From the NCBI GenBank assembly GCA_038087875.1, contig CM075988.1, positions 23,376,001 to 23,440,000 on the forward strand: 64,000 nucleotides of DNA, written 5' to 3'. The translations under genes and the position numbers were made by a program. This DNA comes from Malacoraja senta (Eukaryota). Under the pieces are notes generated by a model. It worked only from the letters and a program-made list of their open reading frames with translations, had not been told where the DNA came from and did not search any database. The first letter of the stretch is position 1. Each line of letters begins with the position of its first letter. This document shows positions 35,973 through 49,800 of the stretch, one piece after another.

Positions 35973-36265
35973 AGCACGGTGGTGCAGCGGTAGAGTTGCT
36001 GCCTTACAACGCCAGAGATCCGGGTTTGATCCTGACTATGGGTGCTGCCTATACCAAGTTTGTATGTTCTCCCCGTGACTGCATGGGTTTTTGCCAGTGC
36101 TCCACTTCCCTCCCACACTCCAAAGACATACAGGTTTGTAGGTTAATCCGCTTCGGTAAAAATGGTAAATTGTCCCTCATGTGTTAGTGTACGGGAATTG
36201 CAGGTGGATCTGGACTCGGTGGGCCGAGAGAGCCCGTTCCCGCACCGTATCTCTAAACTAAACTA
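35973..36265 (+). mobile_element. V-domain SINE (HE1-like)
   Basis: Head gcacggtggtgcagcggtagagttgc and tail ctctaaactaaact. Confidence 0.85.
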
Positions 36266-36269
36266 CATT

Positions 36270-36872
36270 GTTCAAGAGTTCAAGAGAGTTTATTGTCATG
36301 TGTCCCTGATAGGACAATGAAATTCTTGCTTTGCTTTAGCACACCGGATCATAGTTGCCACGAATACAGAACAGATCAGTGTGTCCATATACCATTGTAT
36401 AAATATATACACACATGAATAATTAAACTGATAAAGTGCAAATAAACAGATTATTGGCTATTAATGTTCAGAGTTTTGTCCGAGCCAAGTTTAATAGCCT
36501 GATGGCTGGGGGGAAGTAGCTATTCCTGAAACTGGTCATTGCAGTCTTCAGGCTCCTGTACCTTCTACCTGAAGGTTGCAGCGAGATGAGTGTGTGGCCA
36601 GGATGGTGTGGGTCTTTGATGATACTGCCAGCCTTTTTGAGGCAACGACTGCGATAGATCCCCTCGATGGAAGGGAGGTCAGAGCCGATGATGGACTGGG
36701 CAGTGTTTACTACTTTTTGTAGTCTTTTCCGCTCCTGGGCGCTCAAGTTGCCGAACCAAGCCACGATGCAACCGGTCAGCATGCTCTCTACTGTGCACCT
36801 GTAGAAGTTGGAAAGAGTCCTCCTTGACATACCGACTCTCTGTAATCTTCTCAGGAAGTAGAGGCGCTGATG
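36270..36872 (-). mobile_element. Rex1/Babar-type LINE 3' fragment
   Basis: QRLYFLRRL...FYRCTVESMLTGCIVAWFG...IIKDPHHPGH...PSGRRYRS...FRNSYFPPAIRLLN, with a gacaataaa tail. Confidence 0.85.
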
Positions 36873-37612
36873 TGATTCAGTTGGATGAAAAGACAAGATG
36901 GCACAAATGTGTGTTTACAAAAAGCATTAACAGGGAGGTCAAGGATATTTTTTTGATGTAGTGTGGCCATAATGGGCGATTGTCAGTAACAAACCCATGT
37001 TGAGCATTTATGAAAAAAAATCATTCTGGAAAGGATAATTAAGTGTAGGGCATGGGTAGGACAATGGTATTCCATTAAGCAGCTTATTCAAAAAATATTT
37101 GCATATGCTTTTACCTAAATTTATTCATTGGATTTGTCTCACTGAAGTTCTTAATAGTCAGAAGCTGGCGTGTGCATTTTCCAGTTTAATACAAAGAATC
37201 CGACAAGGAAATGGAAAATATCAGCTACCACCACACAATTTGCTTGGAGATAAGACAGGTTCAAGAATAGCATTTAGAATAAACACAGAATGTATTCATA
37301 AACACAGGGTCGATAGTCTGTTTCTCATGGTAGGTCTAAAACTAGACGGTATAGGTTTAAAGGGAGGGGGAGGAGGTTTAATGGGAGCTTTGAGGTAAAT
37401 TTTTCACACAAGGAGTAATTGGTATGTAGTGCAGAATGAGGAGCCAGAACAGATTTAGTTTAGATGTGTAGGAAGGCACTGCAGATGCCGGTTTAAATAA
37501 AAAAATAGACACAAAATGCTGAAGTAACTCAGTGGGACAGGCAGCATCTCTGGAGATAAGGAATGGGTGACGTTTCGGGTCGATACCTTTCTTCAGACTG
37601 ATTTAGTTTAGA

Positions 37613-37901
37613 AATACAGCACGGATAGAGGCCCTCTGGCCCACAGAGTCTGTGCTGACCAGCAATCCCCGCACACTAACATTATCCTGCACACTAGGGA
37701 CAATTTACAATCTTTTACCAAAGTCAATTAACCCACAAACCTGTACGTCTTTGGAGTGTGGGAGGAAACCGGAGCACCCAGGGAAAACCCACGTGTTCAC
37801 GAGGAGAATTTACAAACTCCATACAGACAGCACCCATAGACAGGATCGAACCCGGGTCTCTGGCGCTGTAGGGCCGTGACTCTACTGCTGCGCCACCGTG
37901 C
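37613..37901 (-). mobile_element. V-domain SINE whose tail carries a Penelope-terminal unit (37465-37599)
   Basis: Reverse-complement SINE. gatttagtttaga is duplicated at 37452-37464 and 37600-37612 around the inserted unit. Confidence 0.8.
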
Positions 37902-38674
37902 TGCAGACTTGGGGGGCATTGTTTTTGTTCTTTCACTTATTAGTCTTTTAAAAAAAAAATTATACTGCACTTCTTTTCGTTGTTTATTATGGTGTTTGCA
38001 AAGTACTGTTTACCTGTCTGTTGTGCTTCTGAAAGAAACAATGTCATTGTTCCGTTTCAGGACATATGGCAATAAAAGACGCTTGGCTCTCTTGAGATGC
38101 GAGATTGCAGATGCTGAAATCTTACAGGAACTAAGTGTGACAGGCTGCACCTGCGAAGGGAAATTAACAATCAATGTTCTGACTCAAGACCCTGCCACAA
38201 GACTGAGTGTAGAGGGGAGACGGTTATTACAAATGATTTGGGAGTTTTGAGAGGGGGGGGGGGGGGATGACCTAGTGAGCGATAGGTGGATCCAGGTGAG
38301 ATGGGTGGATTGTTGAATGGAGAGATATGAGGGAAAGAGGTGAGGGAATAACATGCTGGGATATGAAAGGTAGAGATAACCAGGAACTGCAGATGATGGA
38401 ATCTAGTGGAGTATGAGAACAGATAAAGTGAGGGGGTGGGCAAATGGGAACAAGTCTGAAGAGAAGAATGTGTAGGTGTTGTGCTGATGTGGTGCACGAG
38501 GAAGAAGGTGCATGAGTGGGAAGGGTACATTGAGGAGCAGAGGAGTGGATGGAGGGATTTGTGTGGGGGTGGTGGGTATTCAGGTGCAGGTTACCTTGTT
38601 ATAGAATTTAATATTCACCCTACTTCCTCCTAGATGGAAGAGAGTTCCCCTGGTCCTCATCTTTCATTTCATCA

Positions 38675-38995
38675 GCCTTCGTATCCAGTAGTGACTCTTC
38701 TGACATTCCCACCAGCCTCCTTAACCCATGTTTGACATATTTTCTGTCTTCCACAGGGAATGCTCTCTCTGTGACTCCCATCACTCCCCATCCATCTTCT
38801 TCCTCCACCCACCCCCCCCCTCCCTCCCACTTTTCCAGGCACCACCCCTTGCAACCACAGGAAGTACACCTGTACCCAATTCTCCACCTTTACCATCACC
38901 AAAACCCAAGCCACTCTTCCAGATGAGGCAGAGATTCACATGTACCTCCTCCACCTTCATCCATTGCATTTGGCGTTCTCGATGTGGCCTCCTCT
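38675..38995 (+). mobile_element. Decayed Penelope-like fragment (linker and start of GIY-YIG)
   Basis: FQMRQRFTCTSSTFIHCIWRSRCGLL, homologous to ORF 9979-10497. Confidence 0.75.
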
Positions 38996-40819
38996 AAATC
39001 TATTATTATTATTATTATTATTATTGATGCATTGTGGCAAGCTTGAGGCAGGTATTTCATTCCAGTTTCACTGAACACGCAATATGTTTAATCATAATCA
39101 TAGAGCCAACATAGCTGTATTCAGTTTTATGTGATTTACTTCCATGAGACGTCAGCCACTCCTCTTCCTTCTATCACATGAAGTTAAAGGATTCTCATTT
39201 CTCAACTATCTTCTCAAGCGAAGAACAGAGCTGATTATTAAAAGTTTAAAATTTCACACACGCCAGGTGCAATCTCATGAATTATAGAATAACACTATTT
39301 AGGAGCCAGTTCCTGTTGTAAAAACTAAACAGTTTGTCCTCTCAAGTCTCAAAGAAAGATAGAATAAAATATCATGAATGTTGGTTGTCTATACGTCCTT
39401 TAAGCTTCTTTGCATCATTGCCATTTACATCCCTTACTTTTCTGGTATCAGCAAACTTGCCCTCCTCAGCCAAATCATAAATAGATTGTAATATCAAAGC
39501 CCGAAGTATGGAACCCAGAATACCTCATAGCCTGCCAAGCCGGCTGACTCATTCATTCCTGTTTTTGTTTTTTTACCTGTTAACCCATGCTCAATATATA
39601 CTGTTACACTGACCAATGCACTGTAACCAAAATTTAAAATAAATCCATATTTGTTTTACTAGATATGTTTGAGGATTTTTTGATATTTCCTTAATCTATG
39701 TTAACTATGCCCAACCAACATTTTTCCCATTACTCATATTAAGCTGACAGATATTTTCCCTGTTTTCTCTCTACTTCCTTATGTAATGGGGTCACAGTTC
39801 CATTCAGCAGGTACAATTTCAGAATCTATACAATTTTCACAAGAATTTACACCGTGCTAATCAAAAATCTGTCAACTCCACTTTAAAAATACCCAATGAC
39901 TGCCTCCACAGCCTTCTATGACAATTATTTCCACAGATTCACCAACATCTGGCTAAAGAAATTCCTCATCTCCTTTATAAAGGTACGTCCTTTTATTCTG
40001 AGGCTGTGCCCTCTGGTCACAGACTCCCAAAATAATTTGGGAAGATAATCATACCATTCACTACTTCAATACTATTTCTATCAAAACTTTTGCAGTCAGG
40101 TCACTGGGATTTATCAGCTTTGACATTCATTAACTTTTTTTAACAGCATTTTTTTTTACTAATGCTATTTTTATTTTGGTCAATTGCACTGAATCCTGTT
40201 CTCCAGTTTTTTGGGGTATTTTATATTTCGCTGTGAGTGCAGATACAAAATTATTTATTCCTCTCCCACTTCATGACACTTATAAATTATCCTGTAATTA
40301 TCAATAAAGGACCCTAGGGGTCAATGCCCAAGGAGTTGCATGTATTAGCGTTTAGGAAAAATAAGGGATTTGGTACTCGAGTGAATTTAGTGATAAATGC
40401 ATCGATGAGAGTGATAAAAAACAGAAAAAAAAGATGAGGTTGGAGGTAAAAAAAATCTATTCGAAAGACACGACAGAAGAAGATCTTATCTTTAAGTGAG
40501 AGAAATTGTTGATTCAAAAATATACGGGATAAAGACATGGATAGGGAAGGTTTAGAGGGATATGGGCCACATTCAGGCAGGTGGGACGAGTGTAGATGGG
40601 ACACATTGCATGGGCAAGTTGAGTCGAAGGGCCTATTTCCATGTTATATGACTCCATGACTCTTTATAAAGACATTTGGAGGTAACAGGTAGAGAATTAG
40701 CCAACAAATGGAAAATTCATGTAAGCGAACTCTATTTTATCAGTTGTTGATTTTGATGTTCTTGATTCGTTTTCCCCCACCCCTTCCATTATTTATATCA
40801 CAATAAAAAACAGCAAACA

Positions 40820-43800
40820 AATTTGTGATTTCAGTACATATTTAATACAATTTTTCACAATAGCACTTTCCATTTATCATTTTTTAAAACACTTACCAAC
40901 AGTCAGAGAGCACTTAAATGAATATAAATTAATTGCACAGAACTTTCCAAATCTGCAATGAGGTTAGGAGTTTAAAAAAATTACATATTGCAAGCACAAA
41001 AACCCTGAACAAAGTGAAAGATCGTTCTACATCAGTGCAGAATTTAAAAAATCTCAGGAGACGAACACATTGCTCGAAACAGACACTGAAACTGACCAGT
41101 GTGGGTTTAATGGTGAGACTCAACTTCCAACATATCAAAAGTGTTGGAGTCATCTCTCACAGTAGCATTTTCACCAAAATTAAAATCTTAACGTTACAGT
41201 ATTTAAGAAAAATACCATGACTTAAACGTCCTTCCGTTCTGTACATTTCTACATTTATAACATTGAACATACGAAATTTACATTTTTTTTCTCAGAGGAT
41301 ATGAGGCAAAGCAAGTGCATATTTGGAAAGTTGTTGAGTACTCAAATGGGTTAATATTGAGAGCCATTCAGAAACATGTTAGCTTTGGGTAGCTCCTTGC
41401 TAAAGTTATGTGTGGCTATGCTGTCTCCACAGCATTTGTCTCCTACTAAGCTAGCAAACTACAGCAGGCAATATCAGATCCAACACTATGGCAAACTTAA
41501 ACTGGGGCATACAGAAAAAAGTGATACTCAATTTGCAAAGTCTCCCAATTATTCAGGTCATCACATCTCATACAAAGCACAGTCCCATGTTCAATTTGGA
41601 GGAAACAGTAATGCTACAAATAAATTCAAACCTGAGCCCCCCCCCCATTTCACCATTTATTTTTGTGGATCTCAGTTCAATAATTCTTAGAAGGAATTAT
41701 TCTCTTCTTACACATTGTGTAGAATCATTCATTCATTACAAGTTCCCCAATGGAAGATTAGATGTTATTCATCGCTAAAAAAAATAGTCAATCTGTTGTG
41801 AAGTTCAGCTATTTGATCGATTGGGCTCAGTTGGTAGCATGTTCATCTTCGAGCTAGTTATGGATGTTCGTGTCGTACAAGTGGCCAGAGCTCATACACA
41901 AAGATGAAGCTCCAATACAGTACGGAGGACCTGTTGCATTCTAGGTAGTCACGACCCCAATGAAATAAAGCCTGTTTGCTCACTAAGATGGATGTTAATA
42001 ATCTCATTACACCCCTCAAGAAACAAAGATTTGATCACTTTTCCCAATTTCATCCTCAACGATAACCACAGCAAATGGCCATTCATTTCATTGCAATTTG
42101 TGGATTCTTGTGTGCAAAGCACTTGAGTTTTTCACTGCACCTCAGTAAGTGTGACAATAATCTAAACTGAAATGAATTTGAGTTTAATTTATTGTCATGT
42201 GTACTGAGGTACAGTGAAAAGCTTTTGATGCATCCTAACCAGTCAGCAGAAAGACAATACATTACAATCAAGCCATCCACAATGTACAGAAATACTTTGT
42301 ATTTACCTACTTAACAGTCAGTAAAAGTAAAAGTAAAAGACCAAATGAAGTATAGACATTTCTTAGACATACAAGGTGCTATATTATCCATGCCTTTTTT
42401 GCTTCCTAAGAGCCTATCTCTGCAATGTGCTTCTGCACTGGAGACATCCACGGACATCAATAGTGAGCCCAAAAATCGTTGCACTATCACCGTGAATCAA
42501 AATCTATCAAAAGTCGCATATCATTCAGTGCCATTCCTGTAGACAGAATGTTCCTTATTTTAATGAATGATTTTAAATGGATTAGAAAGCTTGACATAAA
42601 TAATCTGAATCATATGCCCTAATACTCTGAATCATTTGTGTATTACATCCATCATAGACACAATGACCCTCTTTGTTGCTTAGGAAGTCTACCAAAGATT
42701 GGAACTATCAGACATTGCACTGATTAAATGTAACTCTGTCTGAAATCCCGAGGAAAGAACTAAATATATCGGATGTTACAGAAAAATAATAAACAGCGTA
42801 CAAATAAACATGTTTCCTTAGTCAAAATCTAACCTTATTTTTACAGAGGAAGAGTGCATGAGGATAGGCAAAGGCAAAACTATAAAAGCAGGCTATGGAT
42901 AAAAATTAGGATGCATGTTGCCACTGCAAACTCAAGAGATTTAGACGGAAAAAGGGCTTCAATAGTATTTTTATTGTTTGTATTGCAAAAATGACCCCGA
43001 TCTGAAAATATAATGCAATATCAGCTGAACGCCTGCCAATCAATGTAGGAACAAGAATTATTAACTTTCTAGAAATCTCAAGCCTTAATTTCAATACAAC
43101 CTCATAATTAGAGGTTGTGAAAACAGATGTTGAGTTTGTAAACCTGGTGAGTGAATCAAGTCTACATTTTGATCTGCATCAGCTTATATTCCATTCAAAA
43201 ATCTGCAGCCTGCGGTCAGCTGTGTGACTACAAAGGGAGACAGTGACACCTTTCACAACATGCTGCAGATATCATTACATTACATTCATCTCTCAAACAC
43301 TCAGGTCTGCATTTGTAGCTTCAAATGCAAAATCCCTCCAAAATTACAATTAATTACAAATGCAATGTGCCTAGAAATTTCAGGAATTGAATTTTGTGGA
43401 TTTTAAATTCAGAATATGATAGTCAAATCTATATTTAACAATAATGCACAACTTTCAGACAACATGATTAATCTTGTTTTTTTGGGGTTTTTTAAAGCTT
43501 CTTCAAAAGGTCGGTTGCCAGACATCATGGCTCACAGATTAGATTTAGTAAATGGAACCAAGAGACTGAAGAGGATGATAGGCCTGTGTGTGGCCACATT
43601 GCATAAACCCCGTGTTTGAGTTAGAGCGCCACATCTCAATCCTCATGGCCGATCACTAGCCTTATGATGCAATATTATCCGTGGATAGATTGCCGTTTGC
43701 TTTCCCATAAAAATGAATAAACAATTCTTCTGGTTAAATCTGTCAATTATACAATTATTTTAAATATTAAATTTTCATATTTATTTAGTTAATTATTAAA

Positions 43801-46800
43801 AACATATTTTCAAGAACAAATATTTATTGAACAAGCAATGAATATTAATTTAAATAAGCTCCAGCATACAACGCACACCAAGCCACAAAAGACAACATTT
43901 TTCTTGACACTCTTTGCAGCCGGCGAAAGCTCTAATGAATTGGTATGTTTAATCTCTGGCTTGGGTTACCTTGTGCCCCACTTGACTGAATTTCTAAATG
44001 AGATGGTGCAACATTAAACAGAAATTGCTCACCCAGATTCCTAAGATAGACACAAAGTGCTGGAGTAACTCAGCAGGTCAGGTAGCATCTCTGGAGAAAA
44101 AAAGGATGGGTGATGTTTCGGGTTGGAATGCTTCTACAGACTGCCCAGATTCCTATTCATGTTGAAAATAAAATCATCACTAATGCACTGCTAATACTGT
44201 CCCACCTGCCTGAATGTGTTAAAGGATGGACCCATTACATAGGTCAGTGGAACAATGCAATGAGCTCCATCCTCAACTCCTCAGTGTCATGTCGTGATCA
44301 GGTTTCTGCCTCAACGTGAAATTAACTATCCTTTTTAGGGCTTAGCGTACTCCCATTTAATTTATCACTTCATGTGGCTACAAAGTGAAGTATTGCCTGA
44401 AGAATTCGTGTGGTGGAAAAAAAGGAAATAAAAATCACCGGAATGCCACACAACTTGCAGTATTCCAAAAAGAAAATTCACTGGCAGGATAGGTTCCAAG
44501 CATAACCGAGGGGGAGAATATTAAAAAAATTTAAACAACTTATTAAATTAAAAGCATGGAAACATTTTGAAGTCTTGAAATTAATTCCAAAATAAAATAT
44601 AACAAAGACACAAGCCTTGTTTGCACCTCAAACCTTCCTTTTTGGGGAAAGTGAATCAAAGATTGCACATCACCCTCTTGCTAATCTTCCTGAAGAGCAC
44701 AATATTTGGCACAATGTTCTGAAAATGCCTACTATGTTCTGTGTGCTGAAGCAAAGCAAGAATTTCATTGTCCTATCAGGGACACATGACAATAATCTCA
44801 CTTGAACTTGAAGGCTATTATTTATCTCATGAGTTGCACACAACCTGGCAAACCAAAACTGTATCACTTTGGTTAATAATTTAATTAAAATTATTTTTGC
44901 ATATTATTTAATTACAGCCACACAAGTACAACATTCATGATTTTTTAACAATTTTTCAGGAGAATAATTACCAATAATTATAAATGACATTAACCGAAAA
45001 CAAGTCAAACTAATGTAATATGGTGCAACCAACATTAACAACAAGCTATAAGTCACAACTTACGGTTACATGTTTAAGAAGGAATTGCAGATGCGGGAAA
45101 ATCGAAGGTAGACAAAAATGCTGGAGAAATTCAGTGGGTGAGGCAGCATCTATGGAGCGAAGGTAATAGGCAACGTTTTGGGTCGAGAACTTCTTCAGAC
45201 TAATTAGTTACACTAATCAGTCTGAAGAAGGGTCTCGACCCGAAACGTTGCCTATTTCCTTCGCTCCATAGATGCTGCCTCACCCGCTGAGTTTCTGCAG
45301 CATTTTTGTCTACTTACGGTTACATATTCAGATATATAATAACAAAACCACTGATTTAACCACCGTCATTTCCTATCTGTAGCTCAATATACCAGCAACT
45401 CCTTCAGTAAGATATACCTGGTATTCTTAGGAGTCACAAGCTGCCCATTAAACTATGCAACATACATGGCAATCTTCAACTGGAAACTACTAACAACTAC
45501 CTATTTAGAAAGATGAACTGGGTTAAAAATTACGAGATGACCAGGCCATAAAAAAAGTACATTTTTCTTGTACTACCCATTTCATCAGTATGATCACAGA
45601 CACATTCATCCAGTGTTCAGCCCTACCTGACATCACAATATTGAGACCACAAGTTTTGTTCAGGAAATAGATAAGTGAATCATAACCAACTTTCCATTCC
45701 CAAGTATAAACATAATTGTCTGCATTCAACGATGAATATTACTCTTCAAGTTTTGAAAATATTACGGCAGCAAATTAGACACATTGTAACTCCCAAGTGA
45801 AAACAAGTTATTCCCTGCAAGAATATCTTCAACCTTGCAAATGAAGTGAAAGATAAGGTTAATCATTTAGAATTCAGAATTATTCAGTTAAAAGTATATA
45901 TAGTTTCATTGTACGCTTAGTCTTTCCATTAGTGATAGTGGTAGGAGAGCTGTTAATAGTGACAACAAGACCAATATTGCTGACCATAGTACAGATAGGA
46001 TTATTAAAAATCTCATTTTGTCAATTTAACATTTTTGCAGGGTCAGCCTAAAGATAGCCTTGATCGTTTAAGTGGGGATTTTAAAGTTTTGGGAGACTGG
46101 TAATAGCAGGGCAGCTGAGATTTGCGAGAGATTCGCCAGGATGTTGCCTGGATTAGTGAGTATTAGATGTAAGGAGAGGTTGGCTTAATTTGGTTTGTTT
46201 TCTACCTAAATCTTTGGAGGTTGGGGGTTGACCTGACAAGTATGTCTAATTATGATAGGTATAGATATTGTAGAGTCTTTTTTCAAGGATGTATGTGTCA
46301 CGTACTAGAGGCCTTAGATTAAATGTGAGAGGGAGATTTACGTGCAAGTCTTTTTTTGACACAGAGTGCCTGGAATGTGCTGCCAAGGGAAGTAGTAACA
46401 GATATGATAGGAATGTTTAAGAAGCATTTTGACAAGCACACGAACAGGCACTTGGGCACATGTACAGGAATGGAGGGATGTAAACCATGTGCAGGAAGAT
46501 GGGATTAATCACAATTTGTATCACAGGCAACAAGGGCTGAAGGGCTTGTTCCAGTGCTATATAGTTCTAAGTCAAGGTCATACCAGGATATCACTCTACT
46601 AGACTATTACACCAGAATTGTAATGGAGGGATTTATAGCTTTGCAGTTTCTATGCTCTCCGAGTGACTGTGTGGGTTTCTGCCAAATGTTATGATTTCCT
46701 CCCACATAGAAGTGGTGGTAGATCAATTGGCTACAGTACGCAAGTGCCAACAGGATTCAAAAGGCAGTGGGATCGGCATGTTGAAGAGAACAAGTTGCAA

Positions 46801-49800
46801 GTCCATAGGGAAATAAAGAGGAAAGGGATTGCTCTGTTGGGAGCAAGCATGGCCCAGAATACCTAAATCACCTCTTCCTGTGCCATAGCACGTAAAAATT
46901 ATATTTCAGGGTATAGAATTTGCTGTTTCACTGAAAATAGTGTGCATGCAATGAAACAGATCCCAGAATGTTTTATTGCTTCCAAAATAAAATCGTTCAA
47001 GTATCTACAGTACCATCCTGGCAACTATTATGGATCAAGAAATTCATTGTCAATACGATAGAAATTCAAAACTGGGACTGAAGCTCAGAGATCTCAAAGG
47101 GAAGAGATCAATAAGATTTATTTCAGATAGTGTCAATCTATATCTGTATCAATAGAGAAAACATTTGTCTATGCATGTGGGAACTTGTGCAGAAAAAGGA
47201 AAGGTATAAAAAAAAGGACACAAATTGCTGGAGTGACTGAATGGGTCAGGCAGCTTCTCTGGGTAACATGGATAGGTGACATTTCAGGTCAGGACCCTTC
47301 TTCAGTGATCTGAAGGGACTTATTTAGGGATGCACAGTATGGAATATGATGAGATGAAGGCTTGTGTGGAGTTAATAATGATGGTTCAAGTATTCAAGCC
47401 CCACACTTGGCTATCTGTAACACTGCAGATGTATGCACACATTTTTTTGGAGAAGGCAGGGCAAGCTAAAGTATCTGATAATAAAAACAAATAGAAGGTG
47501 CCTTTATTAATAGAGCAATAAAAAACAAGTTACGGATGAATTTTATGCCAAGACTATACAACAAACCCAGTACAAGTTCAAATCTGAACACCAAACTTTC
47601 AACAAGGTGGGGGGGGGCCTTGGATAGGAAGCACAGCTTTACTAGAATGTCTGAGCCTAGTAACTTCGGGTATGTAAAGGTACTGGAAAAATCTGGTTAA
47701 GGTTGGTTCCAGATCTGGTAAGTTACTCAAGGTAATCAGTATCCTTGAAGGAACGAAGGAAGAAACAGACATTCCTAACAGAGGACTTTGTTTTAAGGTG
47801 ACTGACAAAGAACCAGATAATGTAACAATGTTTAAGAAGGAATTGCAGTTGCTGGAAAAATCGAAGGTAGATAAAAATGCTGGAGCAACTCAGCGGGTGA
47901 GGCAGCATCTATGGAGCGAAGGAATAGGTGACGTTTCGGGTCGAGACCCTTCTTCAGACAATGTATCAATCCTCTTTTTTTAAACAAACACCATCTGCTA
48001 CAATTTGAAATTCAGGTAGTTCTGCTACAAAGCAGTAGTTGCATTCCTAAGAAAACTTACGTTATAGAAAACATTATAAAAACAATTGTGTCAATGGAGA
48101 AAAGGTGGATAAGGCTAGAGCGTTTCAGACTCGCACTAACAAAGTTGTTTTTCCTGAATGATTTTGAAACAAAATCTTTTGAAAAGTTACAAGTTTATTT
48201 TTGTTGCTGCAAGCTAAGAATACTAAAGGCTGTATGTTACATCATTTAATCAATGTACAAGTCTCAATGGAAGCCAATAGTTATAAATGTCAATTGTCAC
48301 CCGTGGTGAAAGTGAGAGATTGTGTTCTTATTAGACAACGGTGTCTGATTACTGCTGGGTGGTTGTTCTTTTCCCAACTATATTTTTTCGCAAGATAAAA
48401 AAAATTCTGCTTGAGTAACTTTTATGTGGTTCTCTAGTTCTCAACTGAAAGGTGTTATAACCCATTCAGCCTGTTTAAAACAGATAGTGTTCCCCAATTC
48501 ACCAATCACATTACATCCAATTTGCAGAACGCAATAACGAACGCAGTCTAGAGGAACTACGTGTACACTGCCATACTAGTGGGTGGTTGAAACAGGTTTA
48601 ACGGTAATATTAAAAATTGAATTAAATAAATAACCAAAACAACATAGGAAAAAGAACAGACGAGTGGAATTGATAGGATCAATCTTCCAAAGCATTGGCA
48701 TAATCGTATGATCAGAAGATCAAAATATTCAATGCTACTGTTAAATGATCCTCAATAGATAAAATAAAAATTAAATATGTTGAAAACTACTGAGAACTCA
48801 TGGAATTCCTGAAACTGCAACCTTGCCTTTCCATTAAAGATATCCAAATGGGATATTTACTGGAAACACACCATGCATTGGAAATGTTGATCACAGCAGA
48901 TTCCTCCTTTATCAAATGAATTTATGAAAGATACTAAAGAGATTTTGTGTGTAAAGTATGAAAGTGCTATCCTGCAAACTATTGCATGAAGTGAATGACC
49001 AGATGACCCACTATTCTATATTTTACCCACTATTTAGTAGGGTATAAATCACACATGCTCACAGAGCTTGCCAGAGCTGGAGTAGGAGGAGAGTATGTGG
49101 GGGGGGGGGGGGGGGATTGGGGTCAGAGGGGAAGGGGACAACCCAAGATCATTAGCGTTTCCAGCAGTTAACCTATGCTACTTCATAGCAGCGATCTTTT
49201 AATTTTTTTTTTTAAACTGCAGATTCTGGAAATCTAAAACTAAAAATAAAATTCTGGATTAGTCAACAGGTCAGGCAGCATCTGTGGCAAGAGAAAAGAG
49301 TTAACATTTGATAATCTTTCATCTGAACCTCTGTGAATGTGCTTAAACATGGTATACCAGGAATCTATTCTCATTAGCTTACACTACTCCAAGCTTGGAA
49401 GATGAGGGAACAAGAGCATTCAAGACCTTAAATTATGACATGCCCTTTTTCACACAATTATTTACTACTGGTGTTAAATTTATCACACAATTTTACGATA
49501 ACCTCGATACATCAGGCAAAATGATACCTAATTTGTTGAGCACAAGAGTAGGGTAAAATTACAGCCATCATTACCTCAAACTATTATATGGTTAGAAATG
49601 TCACGTACACCACGCAGAACTCTCATTACATAGCTGCTTTTTAAATCTTGATTTGCTAGGTTTTGAAATAAAAGCACATTTTTTCACCATCTCTACATTT
49701 GATCAAAAATAATGCTAAAAGTATACCAGACAAAGTTGGCCTCCGACATTTGAGCAAAATCTAGTTATCGGGAAGTACAGAACTGCACAATGGACTCAAT

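Noticed and set aside
49097..49137. G-rich tract with quadruplex potential (also 5641-5664, 19140-19157 and poly-C runs)
   Set aside because: Homopolymer G/C runs are common throughout the window and length-unreliable; this one is C-rich on the CBL sense strand.
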